From NCBI GenBank assembly GCA_903862645.1, contig CAIOZF010000022.1:4352-68351 (forward strand): DNA of 64,000 bases, written 5' to 3'. The translations under genes and the position numbers were made by a program. Of this stretch, positions 28,786 through 37,865 are shown piece after piece. The DNA is from an uncultured Gammaproteobacteria bacterium (GTDB lineage Bacteria > Pseudomonadota > Gammaproteobacteria > Pseudomonadales > Pseudohongiellaceae). Numbering within the stretch: position 1 is the stretch's first letter; every line of letters begins with the position of its first letter. Below the pieces are notes generated by a model that was given only the letters and a program-made list of their open reading frames with translations, was not told the origin of the DNA and did not search any database.

Positions 28786-28824
28786 GCGAGCGGGCTTTTA
28801 TGCCCTTTAGGTACGCTCCCACAG
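28786..28824. repeat. Type-1 REP copy abutting the SBP stop codon
   Basis: GCGAGCGGGCTTTTATGCCCTTTAGGTACGCTCCCACAG is homologous to the 24047 copy and ends immediately before the TAA complement at 28825. Confidence 0.7.
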
Positions 28825-30525
28825 TTAGTTCGAAGCATCGATATACGCCCCTGTGTAGTCACTCTCCGCCCCAAACACCCGCCGCAACAAACCCTTGAGC
28901 TGCGGATGCGTCGCATATACACGCCCACGCTCGTAATTACCAATGAACGCCGCGTCCTCGTGCAGAATGCGCTGTATCGCTCCGAACGCATCCATACGTG
29001 TCTTCGTGTCCGTCGACGTCTGCGCTGTGCGCACCAGTGCGTCCAGAGCAGGATTGTTATATTTTCCGCGGTTGTTCAAATTCCACGATGCAAACAAATC
29101 GGCAAAGGTCAGCGGGTCATTGTAGTCGGGGCCCCAGCCGTTGAGCACGAGATCGAAGTCTCCGGAGTCCATCTTGGCCAGCCGCTGCCGGAAGATCTGC
29201 GCGTCGATGATGATGTCCAGGCCCAGATTGCGTTTGAACACTTCCTGATAATACTGGCCGGAAATTGTAGCCACTGGCGAGACATCCGAGAGCAGGACCA
29301 GCGGTGGTATCTCAGTCAGACCCAGCTCCTGTTTCGCTTTCTCCAGATATTCGCGCGCCAGCTGCACGTTGTAGGGCGCTTCCGGGGCGGGATATTCCTC
29401 GCGGAAAGTCTTCTCAACGCCCTGCAGCCAGACCGGAAAAAGACTTTTGGCCGGAAGGTAACCGGGCAGCTTGATGACCCGGTCGACCAGCTCGTTGCCG
29501 TCCTGGGCCAGCAGTAGTGCTTTACGCAGATTCAGGTTGCTGGTGATGCGCTCGGCGCGGTGATTGAAGTCGATGAAGAACACGCCGCCATCCATGAAGC
29601 GGTCCAGCTGCCAGCGCTGCTGCATCGCGCCTTCTAGCATTTCGGCGGTGAGATCCACGCTGACGATGCGGCCATCCTTGTAGAGATTGAGCAATGTGTT
29701 GGAGTCCGAGGTGATATAAGCCGCATTGATGGCATCAAGGCGGATACGTTCGGCGTCCCAGTAGTAAGGATTCTTCTCCATGCGCATGCTGGCACCGTGC
29801 ACCCAGCTGGTCATGACGAACGGACCGTTGTAGAGCATCTCGTCAGCATCCGCCCCGTAGCGGCCATTGGCTGCGCTGAAGGACTTCTCCTGCACGGGCA
29901 GGTAAGTGGCGAAGGACACCAGCTTGTCGAAGTAAGCAGTCGGTTGCTCCAGCTCGACTTCCAGTGTGCGGGCATCCAGGGCACGCACAGCCAGACTGTC
30001 CACGGGCATCTGCCCCGTGTTCACCGCTTCAGCGTTCTTGATGGGGTAGAGAATGAAGGAATATTGCGAGCCGGTGGCAGGATCGAGCGCGGTCTTCCAA
30101 GCAAATTCGAAGTCCTGCGCGGTTACCGGGTCGCCGTTGCTCCAGCGGGCAGTGTCGCGAATCCAGAAGGTGGCGCGAGTGCCGTTGATTTCCCAGCGCT
30201 CTGCCATCGCTGGCACGATCTGATCATTGTCATCGTAACGCAGCAGGCCCTCCATGACGTGGCCGAGCACCATGCCGCTGACGGTATCGGTGGCCAACAT
30301 GCTGTTCATCTGCGGAGGCTCTTCGCGCAGGTAGATCGTGATTTCGTTGTTCTCAACATCCACCGCACCCACCACACCGCCGGCACCGGTAATGGTCAGC
30401 CCCGCCGCGAAATGCAGCGCGTACATCAGCACCACGAGCGCTGCGACCGCGATCAGAGCGTAGACGGCAAGCTGCTTTCCGGCGGAGCGGACGAAGCTGT
30501 CTTCTGTGCTGATCGGTGTCTTCAT
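28825..30525 (-). CDS. Family-5 peptide-binding protein (OppA/DppA-like), operon 2
   Basis: About 566 aa SBP with an N-terminal hydrophobic anchor (..LAVYALIAVAALVVLMYAL..). ATG 30525 (MKTPIS) is preferred over 30537. Confidence 0.85.
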   Translation of the reverse strand: MKTPISTEDSFVRSAGKQLAVYALIAVAALVVLMYALHFAAGLTITGAGGVVGAVDVENNEITIYLREEPPQMNSMLATDTVSGMVLGHVMEGLLRYDDNDQIVPAMAERWEINGTRATFWIRDTARWSNGDPVTAQDFEFAWKTALDPATGSQYSFILYPIKNAEAVNTGQMPVDSLAVRALDARTLEVELEQPTAYFDKLVSFATYLPVQEKSFSAANGRYGADADEMLYNGPFVMTSWVHGASMRMEKNPYYWDAERIRLDAINAAYITSDSNTLLNLYKDGRIVSVDLTAEMLEGAMQQRWQLDRFMDGGVFFIDFNHRAERITSNLNLRKALLLAQDGNELVDRVIKLPGYLPAKSLFPVWLQGVEKTFREEYPAPEAPYNVQLAREYLEKAKQELGLTEIPPLVLLSDVSPVATISGQYYQEVFKRNLGLDIIIDAQIFRQRLAKMDSGDFDLVLNGWGPDYNDPLTFADLFASWNLNNRGKYNNPALDALVRTAQTSTDTKTRMDAFGAIQRILHEDAAFIGNYERGRVYATHPQLKGLLRRVFGAESDYTGAYIDASN

Positions 30526-30622
30526 TAAACATCCCAAGTGAATGGCTGCGCTGTTGCAGGGTCGCCCGAAGAATACCCCAGCCCTCCGGGCGAGTCGATA
30601 GAGGCGACGACCGTCCCAAACT

Positions 30623-30715
30623 CTGTGGGAGCGGGCCTTGCCCGCGAGGCGATCCTGAAGTAGCTTGGAGTTCAGCGGTGCGCGTGGCGGTCGCGGTCAA
30701 GGCCCGCTCCCACAA
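30623..30715. repeat. REPIN-like doublet of type-1 REPs in inverted orientation
   Basis: CTGTGGGAGCGGGCCTTGCCCGCGAGG ... CGCGGTCAAGGCCCGCTCCCACAA separated by about 42 bp. It lies in the divergent promoter region between the SBP gene and mscS. Confidence 0.75.
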
Positions 30716-30733
30716 ATACACAGGAGACAGCGA

Positions 30734-31552
30734 ATGGAGCAGGAATTAGAACAATTCACGGCGATCTACAATCAGGTCACCGCGTTTATGGTGAACTACA
30801 GCTTCCAGATCATTGGCGCCATAATCGTCTTTCTCATCGGCATCGTGGTGGGGCGAAAGATCGGCAACATGGTTCTGCACCTGTGCCTGAAGCGAAATAT
30901 TGATGTCACGCTGAGCAACTTCATTGCCAGCACAGTGCGACTGACCATCATCGTGATGACCGGCATCATCGCCATGGGCAAGCTTGGTATCAGCATCACT
31001 CCCTTTGTGGCAGCAATCGGTGCCGCGTCTCTGGGCGCCGGGCTGGCCGTGCAGGGGCTGCTGTCCAATTACGGCGCAGGACTGAACATCATCCTCACCC
31101 GCCCCTTTATAGTCGGTGACACGATCACCGTGCAGGGCGTAAGCGGCGTGGTCAGAGAAGTACATCTGGCCTACACCATTCTCAGCGACGAGGACGAGGT
31201 CAGCATCACCGTGCCTAACAAGCACATAGTGGGCGAAATCATTCGCAACTCGCAGGCGGATAGCATTATCGAGATGACCGTTGGCATCACCTACGACAGC
31301 GATCCGAGGCTGGCCATCAAAGTTGTTCTTGATGCTCTGCGCAAAGTCGAGGGCATCAGCTCAGAGCGTGAGCCCCAAGTGGGCATCGAACAGTTCGCCG
31401 ACAGCAGTATCGATCTCGGCATTCGCTTCTGGGCAAAAACCATCGTCCGCTACGAGACACACTACATCGCCAACATGGCGATCTATGAGGCGCTGCAAAA
31501 AGCTGGCATCCGCATGCCATTACCGCAGCACGAGGTGCGTTTACTGCAATGA
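30734..31552 (+). CDS. mscS: Small-conductance mechanosensitive channel family protein
   Basis: Start moved to ATG 30734 because the track N-terminus translates a REP. Three TM helices are followed by ..RPFIVGDTITVQGVSGVVREVHLAYT.., the MscS beta-domain signature. Confidence 0.8.
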   Translation: MEQELEQFTAIYNQVTAFMVNYSFQIIGAIIVFLIGIVVGRKIGNMVLHLCLKRNIDVTLSNFIASTVRLTIIVMTGIIAMGKLGISITPFVAAIGAASLGAGLAVQGLLSNYGAGLNIILTRPFIVGDTITVQGVSGVVREVHLAYTILSDEDEVSITVPNKHIVGEIIRNSQADSIIEMTVGITYDSDPRLAIKVVLDALRKVEGISSEREPQVGIEQFADSSIDLGIRFWAKTIVRYETHYIANMAIYEALQKAGIRMPLPQHEVRLLQ

Positions 31553-31558
31553 ACAAAT

Positions 31559-31602
31559 GGGGTCAGAGTAAAAATACAGCACTGTATTTTTACTCTGACC
31601 CC
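31559..31602. repeat. Perfect 44-nt palindrome GGGGTCAGAGTAAAAATACAG-CA-CTGTATTTTTACTCTGACCCC (REP-like or terminator)
   Basis: Read directly. It starts 7 nt after the mscS stop and ends 20 nt before the sseA start. Confidence 0.7.
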
Positions 31603-31622
31603 AATTTTAGAGGAGAACGGAT

Positions 31623-32489
31623 ATGCCATCTTTGGAACTTCCCGGCGCCTTAGTCGACGTCGACTGGCTGGTAGCGGCTTTGCGTGACCCGTCTCTGGTC
31701 GTGCTCGACGCCAGCTGGCACATGCCCGGCAGCGGCCGTGACCCCGAGGCTGAATGGCAGAGCCAACACATTCCCGGCGCGCGTTTCTTCGATTTCGATA
31801 CCCGCATCTGCGACCGCGAATCAAGCCTGCCGCATATGATGCCAGACGCGGAACGGTTCACTACCGAGCTGCGCCGCCTAGGGGTGAACGACGACAGCAC
31901 TGTGGTGATCTATGACAGCGTCGGAATTTTTTCCAGCCCGCGGGCCTGGTGGATGCTGCAGGCCATGGGGCATCGGCGCAGCGCCGTTCTCGACGGCGGA
32001 CTGCCGGCCTGGCAGCAAGCGGGTCGGCCACTGCATGCAGACGCAGCGGCGACGTCACCCCAGAGTGGCAATTTTACTGCGCACTTCCGACCTGCACTGG
32101 TCAGCGACTGGCGCGAGGTATTGCTGGCCACTTCGGCGACGGACGTGAATATCCTGGACGCGCGTTCAGCAGATCGATTTTATGCGCGCGCCCCGGAACC
32201 GCGGCCGGGATTGCGAGGGGGCCACATGCCGAGTGCCCGCAGCCTGCCCTTCGACCAGTTGATTGACAAGGGACGCATGCGCCCCGTTGCCGAGTTGCAG
32301 ACTCTACTGGCAGCCTGCGCACCGACATCGGATCGCCTGATCGCCAGTTGCGGGTCGGGCGTCACTTCCTGTGTCATCGCCTTGGCTGCACATGTCGCTG
32401 GATATCGCGACATCGCAGTTTACGATGGCTCATGGGCAGAGTGGGGAGCCGATGGGACACTGCCGATAGTCACCAGCGACCTTTATTGA
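31623..32489 (+). CDS. sseA: 3-mercaptopyruvate sulfurtransferase (tandem rhodanese)
   Basis: Two rhodanese domains, with the active-site loop CGSGVTSC characteristic of MST/SseA. AGGAG RBS at 31610. Confidence 0.85.
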   Translation: MPSLELPGALVDVDWLVAALRDPSLVVLDASWHMPGSGRDPEAEWQSQHIPGARFFDFDTRICDRESSLPHMMPDAERFTTELRRLGVNDDSTVVIYDSVGIFSSPRAWWMLQAMGHRRSAVLDGGLPAWQQAGRPLHADAAATSPQSGNFTAHFRPALVSDWREVLLATSATDVNILDARSADRFYARAPEPRPGLRGGHMPSARSLPFDQLIDKGRMRPVAELQTLLAACAPTSDRLIASCGSGVTSCVIALAAHVAGYRDIAVYDGSWAEWGADGTLPIVTSDLY

Positions 32490-32628
32490 AAACTTGCCGA
32501 GACGATAGAGAGAATAGATATCGCTTGCCTGTCGAAAGCATGGGACAGCTGAATTTAATTTCGTATACTCCGCTAATGCTGACCTAAACACCCCCTGACC
32601 TAAACAAAAAGTACACAGACCGAAGACC

Positions 32629-33396
32629 ATGAGCGACAGCGATACCGACAAACTGACAACGATGACCGACACCGCCACGAAAGCACAGCCCAAGGCCAAG
32701 GATAACGCTCCTTCTGGCGGCAACTTTCTGGCGAATCTCGTCTTCAACATTATCTTGCCAGTGTTCATCCTCAGCAGACTGAGTGGCGATGACAGCCTCG
32801 GTCCATCCCTGAGCATCGTGTGCGCTCTGGCCTTTCCCATTGGCTACGGGCTCTGGGATCTGCGCCAGTCCGGCAAGGTCAACCCGCTCTCGATTCTGGG
32901 TGTGGTCAGCGTGTTCCTCACCGGCGGCATCAGCCTGCTGCAACTGGACCCCAAGTACATAGCGATCAAAGAAGCGACTATTCCAGCGTGCATAGGCATT
33001 GCCGTGCTGCTGACCCAGCGCACCCGCTTCCCTCTGGTCAAGACATTGATTCTCAATGCCCAGTTAATCCGCGTCGAAGCGCTCTACTCCGCCCTCGCCG
33101 CAAAGGGCATGACAGCCCTCTTTGAGCGACGCCTGGCGCAGGCGTCGCTGATCGTCGCAGGGTCGTTCTTCGTATCGTCGGTGCTTAATTTTGTACTGGC
33201 CAAGGTGATCCTTGTCAGTCCGCCGGGAACCTCCGAGTTCAGTGCCGAACTGGGCAAGATGACCGCGTTGAGTTATCCGGTGATCGCGCTGCCGAGCATG
33301 CTGATTCTCATGCTGGCCATTTGGTTTGTATTTTCACAAGTGAAAAAATTGACGGGCGAGAGCCTGGAGACTTTCCTGGTGGAACAGGGCGAGTAG
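32629..33396 (+). CDS. Polytopic inner-membrane protein, VC0807-family-like
   Basis: ..NLVFNIILPVFILSRLSGDDSLGPSLSIVCALAFPIGYGLWDL....LSILGVVSVFLTGGISLLQLDPKYIAIKEA.. matches my memory of the VC0807 family pattern. No assigned function. Confidence 0.55.
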   Translation: MSDSDTDKLTTMTDTATKAQPKAKDNAPSGGNFLANLVFNIILPVFILSRLSGDDSLGPSLSIVCALAFPIGYGLWDLRQSGKVNPLSILGVVSVFLTGGISLLQLDPKYIAIKEATIPACIGIAVLLTQRTRFPLVKTLILNAQLIRVEALYSALAAKGMTALFERRLAQASLIVAGSFFVSSVLNFVLAKVILVSPPGTSEFSAELGKMTALSYPVIALPSMLILMLAIWFVFSQVKKLTGESLETFLVEQGE

Positions 33397-33439
33397 CGCG
33401 CTCTGCCTCGGCCCCTCACCTTCCCAAACCCTGCCCTGT

Positions 33440-34489
33440 TCACTTGCCGCTGAACGCCACCAGGTGATCCATTTCGATGTGGATACCGATCATCTCTCCC
33501 TCGGCATGCGCGTGATGGCTGGGCGCCAGACTCAGTATCTGTGAGCCGTCAGGGAGCGCCAGCGTGTAGAGATAGCCGGCCCCACGGAAGGCCTTGTCGA
33601 TGACCCTGGCCTGAGTGGTGCTGGCATCATCGTGAATCACATCGTCCGGGCGGATCAACACGGTCACTTTGCTGCCCAGCGAGAAACCGTGCAATTCTTC
33701 TACCTTGCCCAGCACGCCCAGCGCCGTCTCCACTCTGGAAGCATCGACTACGGTGCCGCTGAGAAACACGCCCTCACCCACGAAGTCAGCCACATAGGCG
33801 CAGGCCGGCTGATGGTAGAGCTCGAAAGGCGTGCTCCATTGCAGCAATTCTCCCGCACGCATGACCCCAATTTCGTCGGCCATTGCGAATGCTTCGTACT
33901 GATTATGGCTGACCAAAATGGCGGTAATGCCATCCTGCTTTAGCACCACGCGAATCTCGCGGGCGATCTGTTCGCGTAATTCCACATCAAGGCTGGCGAA
34001 GGGTTCATCCAGCAGCAGGATGCCAGGCTTGGGGGCCATGGCACGCGCCACCGCGACGCGCTGCTGCTGGCCACCGGATAAGCGATGTGGATAAGCGGTG
34101 AGGAAATCGCCAATCTTGAGCATCTCTGCCAACTCTTGCACCCGCGTCTGCCGGTCGGCACGGTTCATGGAGGAGAGCCCGAAGGCAATGTTTTCGGTGA
34201 CCGTCAGATGAGGGAACAGCGCATAGTCCTGAAACACCATGCCGACGTGCCGCTTTTCCACGGGCTGACAGAACTTCTGGTTGCTGACCGGGTGACCGTC
34301 AATACTGATCTCGCCCTGCAGGACCTTCTCGAAACCGGCGATCGCGCGCAACAGCGTTGTCTTGCCACAACCGCTCGGGCCAAGTAGACAACCAATGCCC
34401 CCCTGACTGAGCTGCAGATTGATGCCACGCACAATGACCGTGCCTTCAAGAGCGACGGAAACATTTTTTAGTTCAAGTACTTGAGTCAT
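33440..34489 (-). CDS. fbpC: Fe(3+) ABC transporter ATP-binding protein
   Basis: GPSGCGKTT, LSGGQQQR and a C-terminal TOBE-like regulatory domain. It overlaps the upstream permease gene. Confidence 0.85.
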   Translation of the reverse strand: MTQVLELKNVSVALEGTVIVRGINLQLSQGGIGCLLGPSGCGKTTLLRAIAGFEKVLQGEISIDGHPVSNQKFCQPVEKRHVGMVFQDYALFPHLTVTENIAFGLSSMNRADRQTRVQELAEMLKIGDFLTAYPHRLSGGQQQRVAVARAMAPKPGILLLDEPFASLDVELREQIAREIRVVLKQDGITAILVSHNQYEAFAMADEIGVMRAGELLQWSTPFELYHQPACAYVADFVGEGVFLSGTVVDASRVETALGVLGKVEELHGFSLGSKVTVLIRPDDVIHDDASTTQARVIDKAFRGAGYLYTLALPDGSQILSLAPSHHAHAEGEMIGIHIEMDHLVAFSGK

Positions 34490-36170
34490 GACCGGGCCGG
34501 GATCGCGAAATCGATTTACTGAGGATGATAACAGGGAGAATGCCGGCCAACACGATCAACAGTGCAGAGCTGGCGGCCTCCGTCAGGCGCTCCTGATTGG
34601 CCAGCTCATAGGTGCGGATGGCCAGAGTATTGAAATTGAACGGGCGCAGAATCAGGGTAGCCGGCAACTCCTTGAGCACATCGACGAACACCAGCAGGCT
34701 GGCGGTCAAGAGGCTGCCCTGCAACAAGGGTAAATGCACTCGGCGCAGAATCTGCAGAGGACTCAGCCCCATCGAACGCCCGACATCGTCCATGGTCGGC
34801 TTGATCTTGCCCAGTCCGGCATCCAGGGTATTCAGCGCCACCGGCAGGAAGCGCACCAGATAGGCGAACACCACCGCGATCAGAGTGCCACTGAACAGCA
34901 ACCCGGTGGCGATGTCGAAATGCTCGCGCATCCAAGCGTCCAGGGTATTGTCGAACCAGGCGAAGGGAATCAGCACGCCCACTGCAATCACTGTCCCCGG
35001 AATTGCATAGCCAAGCCCCATCACCCGCACTACACCTCGCAGAGTCAGCGTCGGACGCAATCGCTTGCTGTAGGTGATAAAAATACCCAGCAGCAGCGCG
35101 ATGACAGCGGTAATTGAGGCTAGCTCCAAACTATTCATGAACAGGGTGAAGAAGCTGTCCTTGTCTACCAGATGCCAAGTGTCCACTGCCCAGAATGACA
35201 GCTGGATGAAGGGGATCAGGAAACCCAGCAGGACCGGGAGAATACAGTAAATCATCGCTGCCACGCGCTTCCAGCCGGTCAGCTGAAGCTGTGGAAGCCG
35301 CGAGTATTTGTTGCTGGTGTGGTGGTAGCGCGCCTGCTGCCGCGACCAGTGTTCCGTCAGCACGAGGAACAGGATGAAGATCATCAGGACGGCGGCCAGC
35401 TGCGCTGCTGCCGTGATGCTGCCAAGCCCGAACCAAGTGCGGAAGATGCCGGTGGTGAAGGCAGATACCCCGAAGTACTGCACGGTACCGTAGTCGGCCA
35501 GCGTCTCCATCAGCACCAGTGACAGCCCGGCAATGATCGCGGGGCGCGCCAGTGGAATGGCCACGCGGGTAAACGCCCGCCAAGGGCTGGCGCCCAGGGT
35601 TCGGGAGACTTCCAGCACGCAAACGGACTGTTCGAGAAAGGCCGTGCGCGAGAGCAGATAAACGTAGGGGTATAGCACCAGTGCGAGCATGGCGACAGCC
35701 CCGCCCAGCGAGCGGACATTTGGAAACCAGTAATCCCCGAAGCGCAGATCGAAGGACTCACGAATCCACCCCTGCAGCGGGCCGCCGACGTCCAGCATCC
35801 CGGTGTAGGTGTAGGCAATGATATAGGCAGGCATGGCCAGGGGCAGCACCAGCGCCCACTCCAGAATACGGCTGCCCGGAAAACGGGTCATCGTCACCAG
35901 CCAGGCGGGGCCGATTCCGAGCACCAGCACAGAGACGCCGACCCCCGCGAGCAGGGTTAAGGAATGGGTGACATAGTCCCCAAGCACGGTGTCGTAGAGG
36001 TGTTGCCAGACACCATCGCTGCTGCTGGTGACCGATGCCAGAATGGTGAGCACAGGTACGCACAGCAGCAGACACAACACCAGGATACCCAGCATCGAGA
36101 GGCGGTTGTAAAACCCGGTTTTCAGAGACGACAAAGCCCCTTCCGGGGCCTTGTCCATAGTATTGGCCAT
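34473..36170 (-). CDS. fbpB: Fe(3+) ABC transporter permease (duplicated 2x6 TM)
   Basis: 565 aa with an internally duplicated permease, as in FbpB/HitB. It lies between an FbpA-type SBP and the ATPase. Confidence 0.85.
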   Translation of the reverse strand: MANTMDKAPEGALSSLKTGFYNRLSMLGILVLCLLLCVPVLTILASVTSSSDGVWQHLYDTVLGDYVTHSLTLLAGVGVSVLVLGIGPAWLVTMTRFPGSRILEWALVLPLAMPAYIIAYTYTGMLDVGGPLQGWIRESFDLRFGDYWFPNVRSLGGAVAMLALVLYPYVYLLSRTAFLEQSVCVLEVSRTLGASPWRAFTRVAIPLARPAIIAGLSLVLMETLADYGTVQYFGVSAFTTGIFRTWFGLGSITAAAQLAAVLMIFILFLVLTEHWSRQQARYHHTSNKYSRLPQLQLTGWKRVAAMIYCILPVLLGFLIPFIQLSFWAVDTWHLVDKDSFFTLFMNSLELASITAVIALLLGIFITYSKRLRPTLTLRGVVRVMGLGYAIPGTVIAVGVLIPFAWFDNTLDAWMREHFDIATGLLFSGTLIAVVFAYLVRFLPVALNTLDAGLGKIKPTMDDVGRSMGLSPLQILRRVHLPLLQGSLLTASLLVFVDVLKELPATLILRPFNFNTLAIRTYELANQERLTEAASSALLIVLAGILPVIILSKSISRSRPGHDSST

Positions 36171-36241
36171 GAAGACTTCTGCTTCAGTGGGCTGCCATTG
36201 GTTTACGGCAACCGGTGACTACCACCAGTGATTCCGGCCGC

Positions 36242-37273
36242 TTACTTCCAGCCGGCGCGGTCCATCAGACGAACGGCGTCGGCATTATGGATGCCGAGTT
36301 GTTCCAGTGCAAGATTGTCAGCCTTGAAGGTTCCCCAAGACTGCAGCAGTTCACTGGCAGGCACATCAGAGCGCACCGGGAACTCGTTGTTGACCTCGGC
36401 GTACCAGGCCTGCGCTTCCTCGCCTGCCAGAAACTCCATCAACTGCACAGCGGCATCGCGATTCTTGGCTGCCTTGGTGATGCCGGCGCCACTGACGTTC
36501 ATGTGCGCGCCGTTACCACCCTGATCTGGGAAGAACACTGCCACTGCTTCGGCTGCCTTGCGCACTGCCTCGTCATCTGATTTGAGCATTCCACCGAAGT
36601 AGTAGGTGTTGCTGATCGCCAGGTCGCACTGTCCTGCGGCCACGGCACTGATCTGCTCACGATCGCCACCCTGCGGATCACGACCGAAGTTGCCGACCAG
36701 CCCGGTAGCCCACAGTTCAGTAGCTTCGATGCCGTTGCGGCTGATCATCGACGCAACTAGAGACTGGTTGTAGATGTTACCGGAGGAGCGCACACAGATC
36801 TTGTTGTCCCACTTCGGATTGGCCAGATCGGCGTAGGTCGAGAGGTCGGCGGGACTGACGCGCGCCTTATCATAAATGATGACGCGTGAACGCAGCGACA
36901 GGCCATACCAGAAGCCTTCGGAATCACGGTACTGCGCGGGGATGACGTCGTTGATTCCAGCCGATTCCACAGCCTGCAGCACACCTGCCTGCTTGGCACG
37001 GTAGAGGCGGCCGACATCCTCGGTAATCAACATGTCTGCAGGAGAATTGTCTCCCTCCAGAGTCAGGCGCTGAATCAACTCGTCAGCAGCGCCAGTGACC
37101 AGGTTCACCGTCACCCCGGTACGCTCGGTAAAGATGTCCAGAATCGGCTTGATGAGATTTTCCTGGCGGGCGGAATAGATGTTCACTTCGGCTGCGAAAA
37201 CAGGGGCACAAAAGACTGTGTAACTGAAGGTACAGCAGACGCTCAGCAGCGGCAGCGTGAGTTTTCTAAGCAT
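36242..37273 (-). CDS. fbpA: Fe(3+) ABC transporter substrate-binding protein
   Basis: Start at ATG 37273 (MLRKLTLPLLSV.. signal peptide). ..EVNIYSARQENLIKPILD.. and ..YYFG.. are typical of ferric-binding protein. Confidence 0.85.
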   Translation of the reverse strand: MLRKLTLPLLSVCCTFSYTVFCAPVFAAEVNIYSARQENLIKPILDIFTERTGVTVNLVTGAADELIQRLTLEGDNSPADMLITEDVGRLYRAKQAGVLQAVESAGINDVIPAQYRDSEGFWYGLSLRSRVIIYDKARVSPADLSTYADLANPKWDNKICVRSSGNIYNQSLVASMISRNGIEATELWATGLVGNFGRDPQGGDREQISAVAAGQCDLAISNTYYFGGMLKSDDEAVRKAAEAVAVFFPDQGGNGAHMNVSGAGITKAAKNRDAAVQLMEFLAGEEAQAWYAEVNNEFPVRSDVPASELLQSWGTFKADNLALEQLGIHNADAVRLMDRAGWK

Positions 37274-37349
37274 GGAGACAACTCCCAGGTGCGGGTTGAG
37301 TGATGGAATTGCTGCCTGATCTAACAGCATGAGTACACCGCATCATGAT

Positions 37350-37368
37350 GAAGATGATAATCGATCTC
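37350..37368. promoter_or_regulatory. Candidate Fur box upstream of fbpA
   Basis: GAAGATGATAATCGATCTC matches 13 of 19 positions of GATAATGATAATCATTATC. It lies 77-95 nt upstream of the fbpA ATG. Confidence 0.5.
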
Positions 37369-37376
37369 ATTTGTAC

Positions 37377-37865
37377 TTACAATCGGAATTCGGCACAAGT
37401 TTTCGCAATGACACGACGATGCGCGATCATTTGCGGAGTTGGGGATGGTCGCAGAATGGCAGAGTTAACTTTCAGAGCACTCGACCGCCCGGTGGCAGCC
37501 GGACCGGACACATAGGCAATGACATTGAAATTCATATCGGTCAGCAGCATGGCTGCCGCCTGAATGCGAAAACCGTTTTTCTGCAGAGTAGTCTCAATAG
37601 CAAGCCTATCTCCGTTAGCAATAGATTCGCGGACCGTGGCATCAGCGGCAATCACCTGCCCGGTCCACGCCAGCTGTCGGCTGCGCAGCAACACCAGATT
37701 GCGCATGACATCCGAAGCAATCGGTAGATCGTGGCCCGCACACTCCGTCGCGATGTTTTCGTCACCTGCAGACAGCACCATACAGGCACCGAGCTGAATC
37801 AAGGCAAACACCACGATGAAAACGTGGATGATTATCCATTCATCCAGGCGATAGTTCATGAACAT
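37377..37865 (-). CDS. Hypothetical membrane-anchored protein, possibly the N-terminal stump of a sensor protein
   Basis: One N-terminal TM helix followed by about 120 aa that look like a periplasmic sensor fold (..AAAMLLTDMNFNVIAYVSG..). No output domain. Locally AT-richer DNA by eye. Confidence 0.4.
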   Translation of the reverse strand: MFMNYRLDEWIIIHVFIVVFALIQLGACMVLSAGDENIATECAGHDLPIASDVMRNLVLLRSRQLAWTGQVIAADATVRESIANGDRLAIETTLQKNGFRIQAAAMLLTDMNFNVIAYVSGPAATGRSSALKVNSAILRPSPTPQMIAHRRVIAKTCAEFRL

